Shown here one piece after another: positions 27,692 to 38,915 of a stretch of 64,000 nt of DNA. Each line of letters opens with the position of its first letter. Within the stretch, counting starts at the first letter, position 1. A model generated the notes under the pieces. That model saw nothing but the letters and a program-made list of their open reading frames with translations. It had not been told where the DNA came from and made no database searches. Made by a program: the position numbers and the translations under genes. Source of the DNA: an uncultured Bacilli bacterium (GTDB lineage: Bacteria; Bacillota_I; Bacilli_A; RF39; UBA660); the NCBI GenBank assembly GCA_947632085.1, contig CANRNY010000005.1, forward strand, positions 12,873 to 76,872, read 5' to 3'.

Positions 27692-29808
27692 GAATATTTT
27701 ATAATAATGTATTTAAAAATTATTTTTTATTAACGATTACGTTATTGGCTGAAGAGATTATTTTTAGAACAGTTACTAAGTTAACAATATTTGATTGGAC
27801 ATTACTTAGAACTTTTATTGGAATAAATATTATTGCATTAATATGTGCTGCTTTATTTTCATTCTTTGGAAGAATAGGAAGTAATATTTTAAGTGTAATA
27901 GCGGCATTAGCTCTTTCAATATATTCAGTAGCTCAAGCAGGATTTAAGAATTTTATTGGAGTATTTATGTCATTTGGTACTTCATCTCAGGTTGGAGCTG
28001 TTAAGGAGTATATTGGAGATTATCTTAATAGTTTTCATTGGACTTATTGGTTAATTTTAATACCTGCGGGAGTACTAATATTATTCTATATTTTATTTGA
28101 TCATCGTATTAAGGTATTAGAAAGAAACGATGCAATTGATTTTTCTGATAAGTTTGATTCAGAAGAAAGAAAGCAATTAAATGATAAAGCATTTGCTAAA
28201 AAGAAAAGAAAAAGAATGATAAATAGTAAAATAAATGCGATAGTTGTAGCTGTTTTATTTGGCGTAGCTTATTACTTTTCTTTAACAGTAGCATTTATGC
28301 AAAATCCTTTACAAATAGAACCAACAAGACAATTATTTACTCATCCTGATATTCCAGATATAGCAATGAGTCAATTTGGTCCTAGTATGTATTTATTTGT
28401 TGATGTTAAGTCACTTTTATTACCTAGTCAAGAAATGGAAGAAAGTACTTATGATAAAGGGTATGTAAAGAAAGAACAAGTTATTAGTGATTATACAAGA
28501 AAAATTGATGATACTTTATGGGAACAAGTAGCTAATAATGAAACAAAAGCTAATTATAAAAGATTAAATAATTATTTTTTAAGTCAAGAAATTACTGATA
28601 AAAATGATTATACTGGTATTTTTAAAGATAAGAATTTAATTGTTATTATGATGGAATCAACTAATACAATAGTTTTAGATGAAAGATATTTCCCTAATAT
28701 GCATAAGTTATATACTGAAGGATGGGCTTGGACAAATAATTATAGTCCACGTAATTCATGTTCTACAGGTAATAATGAAATGAGTGGTATGGTTTCATTA
28801 TTTACAATAAATAATAGTTGTACAGCTAATAATTATCGTAAGAATGTCTATCCAGAAGCAATCTTTAATTTATTTAATAATGCTGATTATACAACAACAA
28901 GTTATCATAACTATACAGAACAATATTATTATAGATCAACTATTCATAAGAATATGGGTAGTAGTCATTTCTATGGAGTTGAAGAACTTGGTATACCATA
29001 TTCTAATGCTTATAAAGAATGGCCAAGTGATGTTGAATTAGTAGAAAAGATGTTAGAAAAGACTGAAGATCAAGATAGATTTATGGTATGGATGACTTCT
29101 GTTACAGCTCATCAACCATATACTATGAGTAGTGAATATGGTGATAAACACCTTGACTTATTTAAAGATACTGGTTATGATATTTCACTTAAGAGGTATA
29201 TGTCTAAGTTAAAAGAATTTGATAATGCAATTGGTGCTTTACTTGATGGCTTAGAAAAACAAGGTAAATTAAATGATACGGTTATTGTATTATATGGTGA
29301 TCATTATCCATATGGATTAAATAATAAAGTATTAAATTCATATTTTGATTATGATGTAACAAAACAATATGAAGTAGATAGAATACCATTTATTATTTAT
29401 AATCCAGAGATTCAAGCTCAACAATTTGATGAATATACAAGTTATCTTAATATAACACCAACAGTAGCAAATTTATTTGATTTAGATTATGATCCTAGAT
29501 TGTATGCAGGTTATGATTTATTATCTAGTACTTATCCTGATCGTGTTGTATTTGCTAATGGTTCTTGGAAAGATAAAAAAGCATTCTATAATGCTTCAAC
29601 AGGAAAAATTACTTATGAAAGAGATGACGATACTTATACTGTTGATGAATTAAAAGAAATAAATAAAACAATTAGTGAAAAGATTTCAATGTCTAATTTA
29701 GCAATTAAAGTTAATTATTTTGACTATTTAGAAAAAGCTAAAGAAAAATATAGAGTAGAGACAGCTAAACCAGAAGAAAATACTAATAGTGAGGAAAAGA
29801 CTGAATAG
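27688..29808 (+). CDS. LTA synthase (LtaS)/sulfatase family protein
   Basis: 5 TM N-terminus; IMMES, putative catalytic Thr in CSTGNNE, TAHQPY, YGDH. Confidence 0.9.
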   Translation: MRIFYNNVFKNYFLLTITLLAEEIIFRTVTKLTIFDWTLLRTFIGINIIALICAALFSFFGRIGSNILSVIAALALSIYSVAQAGFKNFIGVFMSFGTSSQVGAVKEYIGDYLNSFHWTYWLILIPAGVLILFYILFDHRIKVLERNDAIDFSDKFDSEERKQLNDKAFAKKKRKRMINSKINAIVVAVLFGVAYYFSLTVAFMQNPLQIEPTRQLFTHPDIPDIAMSQFGPSMYLFVDVKSLLLPSQEMEESTYDKGYVKKEQVISDYTRKIDDTLWEQVANNETKANYKRLNNYFLSQEITDKNDYTGIFKDKNLIVIMMESTNTIVLDERYFPNMHKLYTEGWAWTNNYSPRNSCSTGNNEMSGMVSLFTINNSCTANNYRKNVYPEAIFNLFNNADYTTTSYHNYTEQYYYRSTIHKNMGSSHFYGVEELGIPYSNAYKEWPSDVELVEKMLEKTEDQDRFMVWMTSVTAHQPYTMSSEYGDKHLDLFKDTGYDISLKRYMSKLKEFDNAIGALLDGLEKQGKLNDTVIVLYGDHYPYGLNNKVLNSYFDYDVTKQYEVDRIPFIIYNPEIQAQQFDEYTSYLNITPTVANLFDLDYDPRLYAGYDLLSSTYPDRVVFANGSWKDKKAFYNASTGKITYERDDDTYTVDELKEINKTISEKISMSNLAIKVNYFDYLEKAKEKYRVETAKPEENTNSEEKTE

Positions 29809-29845
29809 TTTATTTAATTGATATCATAAAGAAAGGAAACATAAT

Positions 29846-31867
29846 ATGAAGAAATTAGTTATAGTGGAATCTCCAAGTAAAAGTAAAACAATTGAAAAAT
29901 ATTTAGGAACTGATTATAAGGTAGTTGCTAGTATGGGACATATTAGAGATTTAGCTACAACTGGTAAATTTGGATTAGGTGTGGATGTTGAAAATGATTT
30001 TAAACCTTCATATATTCCAATGAAGGGTAAAAATAAAGTCATTAGTGAGTTAAAAAAATTAAGTAAAGAGTCTGAACACGTTTATTTAGCTACCGACCCT
30101 GACCGTGAAGGGGAAGCTATTAGTTGGCATTTGAAAGAAGCTTTAGGGTTAAAAAAAGATTATGAAAGAGTTACTTTTAATGAAATAACCAAAGATGTTA
30201 TTTTAGAGGCTTTTAATAATCCTCGTGATATTGATATAGACTTAGTTAAGAGTCAAGAAACAAGAAGAATTTTAGATCGTATCATTGGTTTTAGATTGTC
30301 TAAATTAATGCAATCTAAAACCGGTGGTAAGAGTGCTGGTCGTGTTCAAAGTGTAGCGTTAAAATTAATTGTTGATCGTGAACGTGAGATTGAAGCCTTT
30401 ATTCCAGAAGAATATTGGACGATTACGGCTTTATTTGACAAGATGGAAGCGCTAGCTGAGAAATATAAAGGCAAAAAATTAGAGATTAAAACAGAAGAAG
30501 AAACTCAACATATAATTGATTCTTTAGATGAGTTATTTGAAATTACTAATATTGATTGTAAAGAAAAAGCTAAGAAAGGGGTAATGCCTTTTAAAACTAG
30601 TACTTTACAACAAACTGCTGTTAATAAACTTAATTTTGCTAGTAGTAAAACAATGCGTATAGCACAAAAGTTATATGAAGGTGTGGATATAGGTAGTGAG
30701 ACTGTAGGTTTAATTACTTATATGCGTACAGATAGTGAAAGATTAAGTCCAGTGTTTATAAATGAAACGTTTAAATATATAAAAGAGACATATGGTGATA
30801 ATTATGTAGGACATGTTAAAGTACCGAAAAAGAATGAAAATATGCAAGATGCGCATGAAGGTATAAGAGTAACAAGTGCTTATCGTACACCAGAAAGTAT
30901 TAAAAAGTATTTATCTAATGATGAATATAAATTATATAGTTTAATATATGCACGTAGTTTAGCTTGTTTAATGGCTGATGCTAAAGTTAAAGCAACGTCA
31001 GTTACTTTAATGAATAATGAATATGAATTTAAAGCTAATGGTAGTATTTTAGTCTTTGATGGATATTTAAAGGTTTATGGTAATTATGAATCATCTGAAG
31101 ATGTTGTATTACCTAATTTAGAAGGTATTAAGACATTAAAAGCTGATGATGTAGTAAAAGAACAACATTTTACTAAACCAGCTCCTAGATATACTGAAAG
31201 TTCTTTAATTAAAGAATTAGAAAAACTAGGTATTGGAAGACCTTCAACTTATGCGACGATTATGGAAACAATAAAAGCGCGTGATTATGTAACTATTGAA
31301 GATAAGAAATTTGTTCCAACACCAATTGGAATTGAAACAACTGATAAGTTACAAGAAGGTTTTAGTGATATTATTAATGTTGAATATACAGCTAATATGG
31401 AAAATGAATTAGATGAGATAGCTGAAGCTAAGATTAATAATGTTCAAGTATTAAAAGATTTTTACAATAAATTTGAACCTTTAGTTGAGGATGCATTTAA
31501 GCATATGGAAAAGAAAGAAGCAACACCAACAGGTGAAACTTGTCCAGAGTGTGGTAATCCATTAGTAGTAAGAAATGGACGTTATGGAGAGTTTATTGCA
31601 TGTTCTAATTATCCAGAATGTAAATATATTAAAAAAGAAGAAGTAGAAGTTAAGGAAGTAGGTACTTGTCCTAATTGTGGGGGAAAAATAGTTGAAAAGA
31701 AAAGCCGTAAAGGTAAAGTATTCTATGGATGTAATAATTATCCAAAATGTAAGACAGCTTATTGGTATATACCAATAAATAGAATGTGTCCAGAATGTAA
31801 TAATATGTTACTTGATAAAGGTAAAAAGATTATTTGTAGTAATTGTGAATATGAAGAGGATAAATAA
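29846..31867 (+). CDS. topA: DNA topoisomerase I
   Basis: IVESPSK, ATDPDREGE, SAGRVQS, ITYMRTDS, C-terminal zinc ribbons. Confidence 0.99.
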   Translation: MKKLVIVESPSKSKTIEKYLGTDYKVVASMGHIRDLATTGKFGLGVDVENDFKPSYIPMKGKNKVISELKKLSKESEHVYLATDPDREGEAISWHLKEALGLKKDYERVTFNEITKDVILEAFNNPRDIDIDLVKSQETRRILDRIIGFRLSKLMQSKTGGKSAGRVQSVALKLIVDREREIEAFIPEEYWTITALFDKMEALAEKYKGKKLEIKTEEETQHIIDSLDELFEITNIDCKEKAKKGVMPFKTSTLQQTAVNKLNFASSKTMRIAQKLYEGVDIGSETVGLITYMRTDSERLSPVFINETFKYIKETYGDNYVGHVKVPKKNENMQDAHEGIRVTSAYRTPESIKKYLSNDEYKLYSLIYARSLACLMADAKVKATSVTLMNNEYEFKANGSILVFDGYLKVYGNYESSEDVVLPNLEGIKTLKADDVVKEQHFTKPAPRYTESSLIKELEKLGIGRPSTYATIMETIKARDYVTIEDKKFVPTPIGIETTDKLQEGFSDIINVEYTANMENELDEIAEAKINNVQVLKDFYNKFEPLVEDAFKHMEKKEATPTGETCPECGNPLVVRNGRYGEFIACSNYPECKYIKKEEVEVKEVGTCPNCGGKIVEKKSRKGKVFYGCNNYPKCKTAYWYIPINRMCPECNNMLLDKGKKIICSNCEYEEDK

Positions 31868-31969
31868 AATTATCCTCTTTTTTTGTCTAGTAAGTGTTAG
31901 GTAAAGGTTTATTTATTGAAATTTATTTGGGGGTATTTTATACTTAAATTAATAATAGGGTGAAATGAT

Positions 31970-32995
31970 ATGGAAAAAGTAAAAGAGGTATTTAATACTA
32001 TTATTAATAAAATTAAACAATTTTATTTAGAAAATATTAAAGATTCTAAACTAGCTGAATTTATTTTCTATAGTTTTCTTTTTGTTATGGTTATATTATC
32101 TTTAATAAGTATTTGTGTTGCCATATCATTTAATAATCGTAAAAGTGTGGTAATGTTTAGACCACAAGATGAAGAAGAAGTAAAAGAAATTGGAACAGGT
32201 AGTTTTCTAGATCAAGATGATGATCAAGATAATCAAGTACAAGATGATAGTGATAATACTTCAGAAAATAATAATACGGAAGATAATAATACTTTAAATA
32301 ATAATACACAAGACGATCAAAATAATAGTAATAATTCAAGCAATAATAATAGTCAAACAAATACTAGTGATAAGAATAGTTCAACTAGTAAAGATAAGAA
32401 TAGTAATAGTTCAAGTAGTAAAGATAAAAATAGTAGTAGTTCAAATAATAGTGATAAATCTAGTAATAGTAGTAATAATAATTCTAGTAGTGGTTCTAAT
32501 AATAACAATAATAATGATAATAAAGATAAGGGTTCATCAGGAAGTAGTAGTGGATCATCTGGTAATAAAGATCCTGAACCAGATAATGCACCAAAAGAAG
32601 TTAAAACTATTAGTTGTACTTCATCTACTAAAAAAATCTTTAAAGGGAATGATAAAGAATATCAAACTAGAGTTGTTGAACAAATAACGGCACGTTTTGA
32701 TGCTTCAACAAATGTTTTTTATCAAGCTGATGTTTCAATTGCTTTTTACTATTCTAATTCAACTGTTGATGATTTAGAACTACTTCAAAGTTTATATGAA
32801 AAACATTTTGCTATATATGCCGGTTACTTTGGAATAAAAGATTATAAATCAGTATATACAAAACCAACAGAAGCTTATATTAATTTAAAGAATTTAAATT
32901 ATCAAACTTATTATAAAGGATATGGTAAAGAAACTGCGACATATGATTCTTTTAAATATACTTTTGAAACTGGTGGATATTACTGTCAAGTATAA
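31970..32995 (+). CDS. bitopic membrane protein with Asn/Ser/Asp low-complexity stalk
   Basis: One TM, then about 120 aa N/S/D-rich region and a small C-terminal domain bracketed by two Cys. Confidence 0.7.
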   Translation: MEKVKEVFNTIINKIKQFYLENIKDSKLAEFIFYSFLFVMVILSLISICVAISFNNRKSVVMFRPQDEEEVKEIGTGSFLDQDDDQDNQVQDDSDNTSENNNTEDNNTLNNNTQDDQNNSNNSSNNNSQTNTSDKNSSTSKDKNSNSSSSKDKNSSSSNNSDKSSNSSNNNSSSGSNNNNNNDNKDKGSSGSSSGSSGNKDPEPDNAPKEVKTISCTSSTKKIFKGNDKEYQTRVVEQITARFDASTNVFYQADVSIAFYYSNSTVDDLELLQSLYEKHFAIYAGYFGIKDYKSVYTKPTEAYINLKNLNYQTYYKGYGKETATYDSFKYTFETGGYYCQV

Positions 32996-33059
32996 AAAAG
33001 ATTAGATAATCTTTTTTTTATGGGGTTTTTTATGATATAATCCTTTTTAGGTGATATTT

Positions 33060-34856
33060 ATGGGTCAAGGGAATATTCGTAATTTTTCTATTATTGCTCA
33101 TATTGATCATGGTAAGAGTACTTTAGCTGATCGTATTTTAGAGATTACAGGTGGAGTAGATAAACATGATATGAAAGATCAAATACTTGATAGTATGGAT
33201 TTAGAAAGAGAAAGAGGTATTACTATTAAGTTAAATGCGGTTCAACTTAAATATAAGTATAATAATGAAGAATATATTTTACATTTAATAGATACACCAG
33301 GACATGTCGATTTTAGTTATGAGGTATCAAGAAGTTTAGCAGCTTGTGAGGGAGCTATTTTAGTAGTTGATGCTGCTCAAGGTATTGAAGCACAAACGTT
33401 AGCTAATTTGTATTTGGCGATGAATGATGATTTAGTAATAATACCAGTTATTAATAAGATAGATTTACCTAATGCTGATGTACCTAAGGTATTAAAGGAG
33501 TTAAAGGATGTATTAGGTTTTAAGGAAGATGAAGTATTACTTTGTAGTGGTAAGACTGGTGAAGGTGTAGAAGACTTAATTAAAGCTATTATAGAACGAA
33601 TTCCAGCACCAATAATTAATAATAATGCTCCAACAAGGGCTTTGGTGTTTGATAGTCATTTTGACCCTTATCGAGGAGTTATTGCCTTAGTAAGAGTATT
33701 TGATGGTAAGATAACTAATAAAGATACAATGAAGATGTTAGCAACTAAGGATAGTTATGATGTTGTAGAATTAGGTGTTAATCATCCGAAGGAAGAAATA
33801 AAAAGTGAATTAGTATCTGGTGAAGTTGGATGGATAAGTGGTTCAATTAAAGATATTAGAAGTGTTAGAGTTGGTGATACATTAACGGTATTAAGTAATG
33901 AAGCAATAGAACCATTACCTGGTTATCAACCAATGAAACCAATGGTATATAGTGGAATATTCCCAGTAGAACCTAATAAGTTTCCTCAGTTACGTGAAGC
34001 TTTAGAAAAGTTACAATTAAATGATGCTTCATTAACTTTTGAACCTGAAACTAGTGAAGCTTTAGGTTTTGGTTTTAGAACTGGTTTTTTAGGACTTTTG
34101 CATATGGATATTATTATGACAAGATTAGAAAGAGAATTTGATTTAGATGTAATAGCAACTAGTCCTTCAGTTATATATGAAGTAGATTTAACTAATGGAG
34201 AGACGATATTAATTGATAGTCCAACTAAGATGCCTGAACGTGGAGTTATTAAGGAGATAAGAGAACCTTATATTAAAACGAATATATTTGTTCCTAGTGA
34301 TTATATAGGTCCAATTATGGAGTTATGTCAGGATAAAAGAGGTATATATAAGAGTATGGATTATATTGATCCAACAAGAGTTAATATTCATTATGAAATA
34401 CCTTTAGCTGAAATAGTTTATGATTTTTTTGATAAACTTAAGAGTATGACAAAGGGTTATGCATCTTTCGATTATGAGTTATGTGGATATAAAGAATCTG
34501 ATTTAGTTAAAATGGATATTTTAATTAATGGAGAGATTGTTGATGCATTAAGTGTTATAGTTCATAAAGATCAAGCTTATAATAGGGGTAAAAAGGTAGT
34601 AGAAAGTTTAAGAGAGATAATACCTCGTCAGTTATTTCAAGTTCCTTTACAAGCTAGTGTAGGTAGTAAGATTATTGCTCGTGAAAATATAAGTGCAATG
34701 CGAAAGAATGTCTTAGCTAAATGTTATGGTGGCGATGTTTCACGTAAGAAGAAATTATTAGAAAAACAAAAAGAAGGTAAAAAGAGAATGAAAATGGTGG
34801 GAAAAGTTGAAGTACCACAAGAAGCTTTCTTAGCGGTTTTAAAGTCAGAAAAGTAA
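33060..34856 (+). CDS. lepA: translation elongation factor 4
   Basis: [40 protein letters not shown]. Confidence 0.99.
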   Translation: MGQGNIRNFSIIAHIDHGKSTLADRILEITGGVDKHDMKDQILDSMDLERERGITIKLNAVQLKYKYNNEEYILHLIDTPGHVDFSYEVSRSLAACEGAILVVDAAQGIEAQTLANLYLAMNDDLVIIPVINKIDLPNADVPKVLKELKDVLGFKEDEVLLCSGKTGEGVEDLIKAIIERIPAPIINNNAPTRALVFDSHFDPYRGVIALVRVFDGKITNKDTMKMLATKDSYDVVELGVNHPKEEIKSELVSGEVGWISGSIKDIRSVRVGDTLTVLSNEAIEPLPGYQPMKPMVYSGIFPVEPNKFPQLREALEKLQLNDASLTFEPETSEALGFGFRTGFLGLLHMDIIMTRLEREFDLDVIATSPSVIYEVDLTNGETILIDSPTKMPERGVIKEIREPYIKTNIFVPSDYIGPIMELCQDKRGIYKSMDYIDPTRVNIHYEIPLAEIVYDFFDKLKSMTKGYASFDYELCGYKESDLVKMDILINGEIVDALSVIVHKDQAYNRGKKVVESLREIIPRQLFQVPLQASVGSKIIARENISAMRKNVLAKCYGGDVSRKKKLLEKQKEGKKRMKMVGKVEVPQEAFLAVLKSEK

Positions 34857-34921
34857 GTATTTACTTGCTTTTTTATTTGGTTATGTTTACAATAGAAACT
34901 ACATGAAAAAGAGGTATTGAA

Positions 34922-35554
34922 ATGATTGATATTACGACAAATCAAGAAGATAAAGATAAGTTTATTTTGGGTGTTGCATTAAAAGATAATGAGAATAAAT
35001 ATGTTATTAAGTATGCTTCTGGTAGAAGTGAAGATTGTGATTTTACAGTAAGTAGTTTAAATCAAGTACTTAGTCTTATGGAAGAACAATACTTAGAATA
35101 TCGTGATGATTATATTAAAAAAATTTTAAAAGAAAATAAAACAGCAACAATAAAGCAATTAATTGAAGCAATAATGGCTATTTTAGGAATTTATTTATCA
35201 GCTTCAATGCCTTTACCTAATCTTTTAAAAATATTAATTATTTGTGTTTTATTAGTTAGTTCTATATATTATCAAAAAGAACAAAATGAAAAGATAGATT
35301 ATAATCGTTATGCTGCTGGAGTTATTTTAAGTGCTGATGAATTTTTAAAGATGAAAGATAATTTTAAAATAAGAATAGTAGATCCAAATACAGGATTAGA
35401 AGAAGATTGGTATTTACTTACTTTATCAGATATACAAGCAATAATAGAACCTAAATTAGTAGGTAAAATAGCTATGAGTATAACACCAGATATGAAAGAG
35501 GAAGAAGAATATAATACAACGGAAATATTACAAAGAAGAATGAAATTGAGATGA
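34922..35554 (+). CDS. hypothetical 2-TM membrane protein (paralog A)
   Basis: GAGGT RBS; central TM hairpin; similar to the downstream gene. Confidence 0.7.
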   Translation: MIDITTNQEDKDKFILGVALKDNENKYVIKYASGRSEDCDFTVSSLNQVLSLMEEQYLEYRDDYIKKILKENKTATIKQLIEAIMAILGIYLSASMPLPNLLKILIICVLLVSSIYYQKEQNEKIDYNRYAAGVILSADEFLKMKDNFKIRIVDPNTGLEEDWYLLTLSDIQAIIEPKLVGKIAMSITPDMKEEEEYNTTEILQRRMKLR

Positions 35555-35558
35555 TACG

Positions 35559-36173
35559 ATGATTGACTTTGCAAAGAATGAAGATGAAGAAAAGAATTTT
35601 ATTGTAGATATAGAAACGACTACTGATGAGATGATTATTAGGTATGCTGATGGTCATAAAGTAAGAGAAAAGTTTAGCTATCATAATTTAAATGTATATC
35701 GTTTACATATGGAAGAACAAGCAAAAAACAATATGGATTATGCATATGATATTGTAGCTAAAGATAGTTTTATGGTTTATGCTAAGAGAATACTAGCAAT
35801 TATTGGGGGAATAATTGGTGGAATAGTTATTTATAATGTTGATATTCATATTATTATGAAAATAGTTTTAGCTTTAATTCTTATATTTAGTGAAGGATTA
35901 TATTATTTATATAATGAATTATATTTAAGCGTTTTAAGTACTGATTTAGGGGAAATATTAGCTACTGATTATTATTTAAAGAATATAGATAAATTTAAGT
36001 ATTATGATGGTAAAATGGGTGAATATGGATATATTGTACCTATTGAAGATATTGAAAAACATAGTTTAACACAAGAACAGTTAGAAGAAATATCAGATTT
36101 AGTAAGTACGTTTAGAAAAGAAGGAATTCCCAATAACGATATTTCACTAACTTATAAGAACCCTAGTAATTAA
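35559..36173 (+). CDS. hypothetical 2-TM membrane protein (paralog B)
   Basis: MID..N.....FI, I.YA.G, MEEQ shared with 34922-35554. Confidence 0.7.
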   Translation: MIDFAKNEDEEKNFIVDIETTTDEMIIRYADGHKVREKFSYHNLNVYRLHMEEQAKNNMDYAYDIVAKDSFMVYAKRILAIIGGIIGGIVIYNVDIHIIMKIVLALILIFSEGLYYLYNELYLSVLSTDLGEILATDYYLKNIDKFKYYDGKMGEYGYIVPIEDIEKHSLTQEQLEEISDLVSTFRKEGIPNNDISLTYKNPSN

Positions 36174-36202
36174 TCTGTGATATAATAATATTGGGTGAAG
36201 TT

Positions 36203-36775
36203 ATGAATAAAAGAGAAGTATTTAAACAAGAATTAAGTTATATAGTTGATGATGAAATAAGAGAATCTTTAGGAATAATGATTGATAAGATTCCTGATTA
36301 TTTTTTTAAAATACCTGCCTCTTCAACCGGCAAATACCATCCAGAGTATACTCAAGGCGAAGGTGGTTTAGTAAGACATACTAAATCAGCTGTTAGAATG
36401 GCTTATGAATTGTTTGGAATATATAAATTTCCACAAAGAACTAAAGATTTAATTATTATGGCTTTAGTTTTACATGATAGTGTGAAAAAGGGTGAAGAGG
36501 AAACACAATATACTTTGTTTGATCATCCATTAGTAGCTTGTGAATTTGTAAAAAAATATAAAAATGAATTAATGTTAAATAATGATGATATTAATTTTGT
36601 TTGCGATTGTATAAGTAGTCATATGGGTAAGTTTAATACAAGTAATTATAGTGATGTAATATTACCAATACCTAAAACACCAGAACAAAAATTTGTTCAT
36701 ATGTGTGATTACTTAGCTTCACGTAAAGTAATTAATATTAAATTTGATGAAAATAATAATATAGTAGATGAATAA
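36203..36775 (+). CDS. HD-domain phosphohydrolase
   Basis: PASSTGKYHP, GGLVRHT, LHD, HMG, HMCD.LAS. Confidence 0.88.
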   Translation: MNKREVFKQELSYIVDDEIRESLGIMIDKIPDYFFKIPASSTGKYHPEYTQGEGGLVRHTKSAVRMAYELFGIYKFPQRTKDLIIMALVLHDSVKKGEEETQYTLFDHPLVACEFVKKYKNELMLNNDDINFVCDCISSHMGKFNTSNYSDVILPIPKTPEQKFVHMCDYLASRKVINIKFDENNNIVDE

Positions 36776-36851
36776 TCTACTTTTTTTATACTTGTTTTTT
36801 GTTACCAAAGATAAAATACTTCATACACTATATTAGTGTAAGGAGATAAGT

Positions 36852-37583
36852 ATGAGTGTTTTAATAGGAATAATAATACCATTTATAGGAACGAGTTTAG
36901 GGGCATTAATGGTTTATTTTGTGAAGAATAGAATATCAAGAAGGTTAGAGATAGTTATTTTAGGTTTTGCTGCAGGAGTAATGATGGCAGCTTCAATATG
37001 GTCTTTAATAATACCAGCAATTGAAATGAGTAGGGGGATTAGTTGGTTACCAGCTAGTATTGGTTTAACTATTGGAATATTATTTTTCTTTTTAATTGAT
37101 TATTTACTTAATAAAAAGAAAATTAAGTTTGGAGAGAATGTAGATAAGATGATGCTTGCTATTACACTACATAATATTCCAGAAGGATGTGCAGTAGGTA
37201 TAATATTTGCTAGTTATATGTTATATCATAATGTAACATTAACAGCTTGTTATGCATTATCTTTGGGTATAGCTATTCAAAATATACCAGAAGGTTTAAT
37301 CGTATCATTACCTTTAAAAAATAAGGGAATGAGTAAAACAAAGGCTTTTGGTTATGGAATAATATCAGCTATATTTGAACTTATGGGTGCAGTTGTTACT
37401 TTAATATTTTCAAGTGTAGTTAGTGTTATATTACCATATTTACTTGCTTTTGCTGCTGGAGCAATGATTTATGTTATCGTTGTAGAGTTAATACCAGAAT
37501 CAACAGAAGAAAATAAAGTAAATACCTTAGGTTTTTTACTAGGTTTTATGATTATGATGATTTTAGATGTTGCATTAGGTTAA
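36852..37583 (+). CDS. ZIP family metal transporter (ZupT/GufA-like)
   Basis: GFAAGVM, HNIPEG and QNIPEG transport motifs. Confidence 0.93.
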   Translation: MSVLIGIIIPFIGTSLGALMVYFVKNRISRRLEIVILGFAAGVMMAASIWSLIIPAIEMSRGISWLPASIGLTIGILFFFLIDYLLNKKKIKFGENVDKMMLAITLHNIPEGCAVGIIFASYMLYHNVTLTACYALSLGIAIQNIPEGLIVSLPLKNKGMSKTKAFGYGIISAIFELMGAVVTLIFSSVVSVILPYLLAFAAGAMIYVIVVELIPESTEENKVNTLGFLLGFMIMMILDVALG

Positions 37584-37621
37584 TATGTGATATAATTAAA
37601 AAGCACTAAAGGAGAGATACT

Positions 37622-38512
37622 ATGGATATGGAGCGATTTGTCGAAGCTAAAAGAGCAAGTATATTAGGAATTATTGGTAATGTATTTCTTTTTATTATAA
37701 AGATAGTAGTTGGATTTATATCTTCTAGTCAAGCCATGCTTGCTGATGCTTTTAATAGTGCATCTGATATATTAAGTTCAATTATGACTTATATAGGTTC
37801 TAAAATAGCTAGTAAAGGGGCAGATGAAGACCATAACTTAGGACATGGTAAAGCTGAATATATATATTCAATGCTTATTAGTGTAACAATGATTGTTTTA
37901 GGAATAAAAATATTATGGGATTCAGTAATAGCTTTATTTATCCAAAGTAATTATGAATTTACTATTTGGTTAGTAGTAGTTTGTATAGTAACGATTATAG
38001 TTAAATTATTATTATATTTTTATACAAGAAAGATTAGTAAGAAGTATAATAATTTATTAGTAGAAGCGAATAGTAAAGATCATCGTAATGATGTATTTTT
38101 AACTTCTTTTAACTTATTATCAGCTTTATTTTCATTAGGTGGAATATATATAGTTGATAGTATTGTAGGTATTATAATTTCTTTATGGATTGTTTATACA
38201 GGAATAAAGATTTTTATTGGAAGTTATGATGTATTAATGGATAAGACAATATCTAGTAATACAAAAGATAAGGTATTAGATATTATTAAAGAACATAAGG
38301 AAATCGTTAAGATTAATCATTTTAATGCAACACCAGTTGGTTATTTATACCAAGTTAGTTTTTCAATATTTGTAGATGGTAATTTATCGACTTTTGCTAG
38401 TCATAAGATAGCTAATGATTTGGAAAAAGAAATTGATGAAAAAGTACCAGAGATTTATTTAACGGTTATTCATGTTAATCCGATTGATAAAAGTAAAGAT
38501 TCTAGTAAATAG
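37622..38512 (+). CDS. cation diffusion facilitator (CDF) transporter
   Basis: LADAFNSASD, DEDHNLGHGKAEY, DHRND, IHVNP. Confidence 0.93.
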   Translation: MDMERFVEAKRASILGIIGNVFLFIIKIVVGFISSSQAMLADAFNSASDILSSIMTYIGSKIASKGADEDHNLGHGKAEYIYSMLISVTMIVLGIKILWDSVIALFIQSNYEFTIWLVVVCIVTIIVKLLLYFYTRKISKKYNNLLVEANSKDHRNDVFLTSFNLLSALFSLGGIYIVDSIVGIIISLWIVYTGIKIFIGSYDVLMDKTISSNTKDKVLDIIKEHKEIVKINHFNATPVGYLYQVSFSIFVDGNLSTFASHKIANDLEKEIDEKVPEIYLTVIHVNPIDKSKDSSK

Positions 38513-38550
38513 AATCTTTTTTGTGATAAAATAAAGATGGAGGTATAAGA

Positions 38551-38913
38551 ATGAAATTATTTAAATGTATGAAGTGTGGAACACTTATTGAAATGTTAGA
38601 AGAGAATTGTACTGTTATGTGTTGTGGAGAAGCAATGCAAGAATTAAAAGCTAATAGTACAGACGCAGCAGTAGAAAAACATGTACCTGTATGTGAAGTA
38701 GAGGGAGATTTAGTAAAAGTAACAGTTGGTGAGGTTGCTCATCCAATGGAAGATGATCACTATATTCAATTTATTATTGCTGAATACAAAGATTCAGTAG
38801 TTAGATTTAATCTTAAACCAGGTGAAGCTGCTGAAGCTACTTTTGATTATGAAAAAGGTATGACTATTTACGAATATTGTAATAAACATGGACTTTGGAA
38901 GAAAGAACTATAA
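38551..38913 (+). CDS. dfx: desulfoferrodoxin (2Fe superoxide reductase)
   Basis: CxxC...CC centre I; EKHVP, HPM...HYI, CNKHG centre II. Confidence 0.93.
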   Translation: MKLFKCMKCGTLIEMLEENCTVMCCGEAMQELKANSTDAAVEKHVPVCEVEGDLVKVTVGEVAHPMEDDHYIQFIIAEYKDSVVRFNLKPGEAAEATFDYEKGMTIYEYCNKHGLWKKEL

Positions 38914-38915
38914 AA

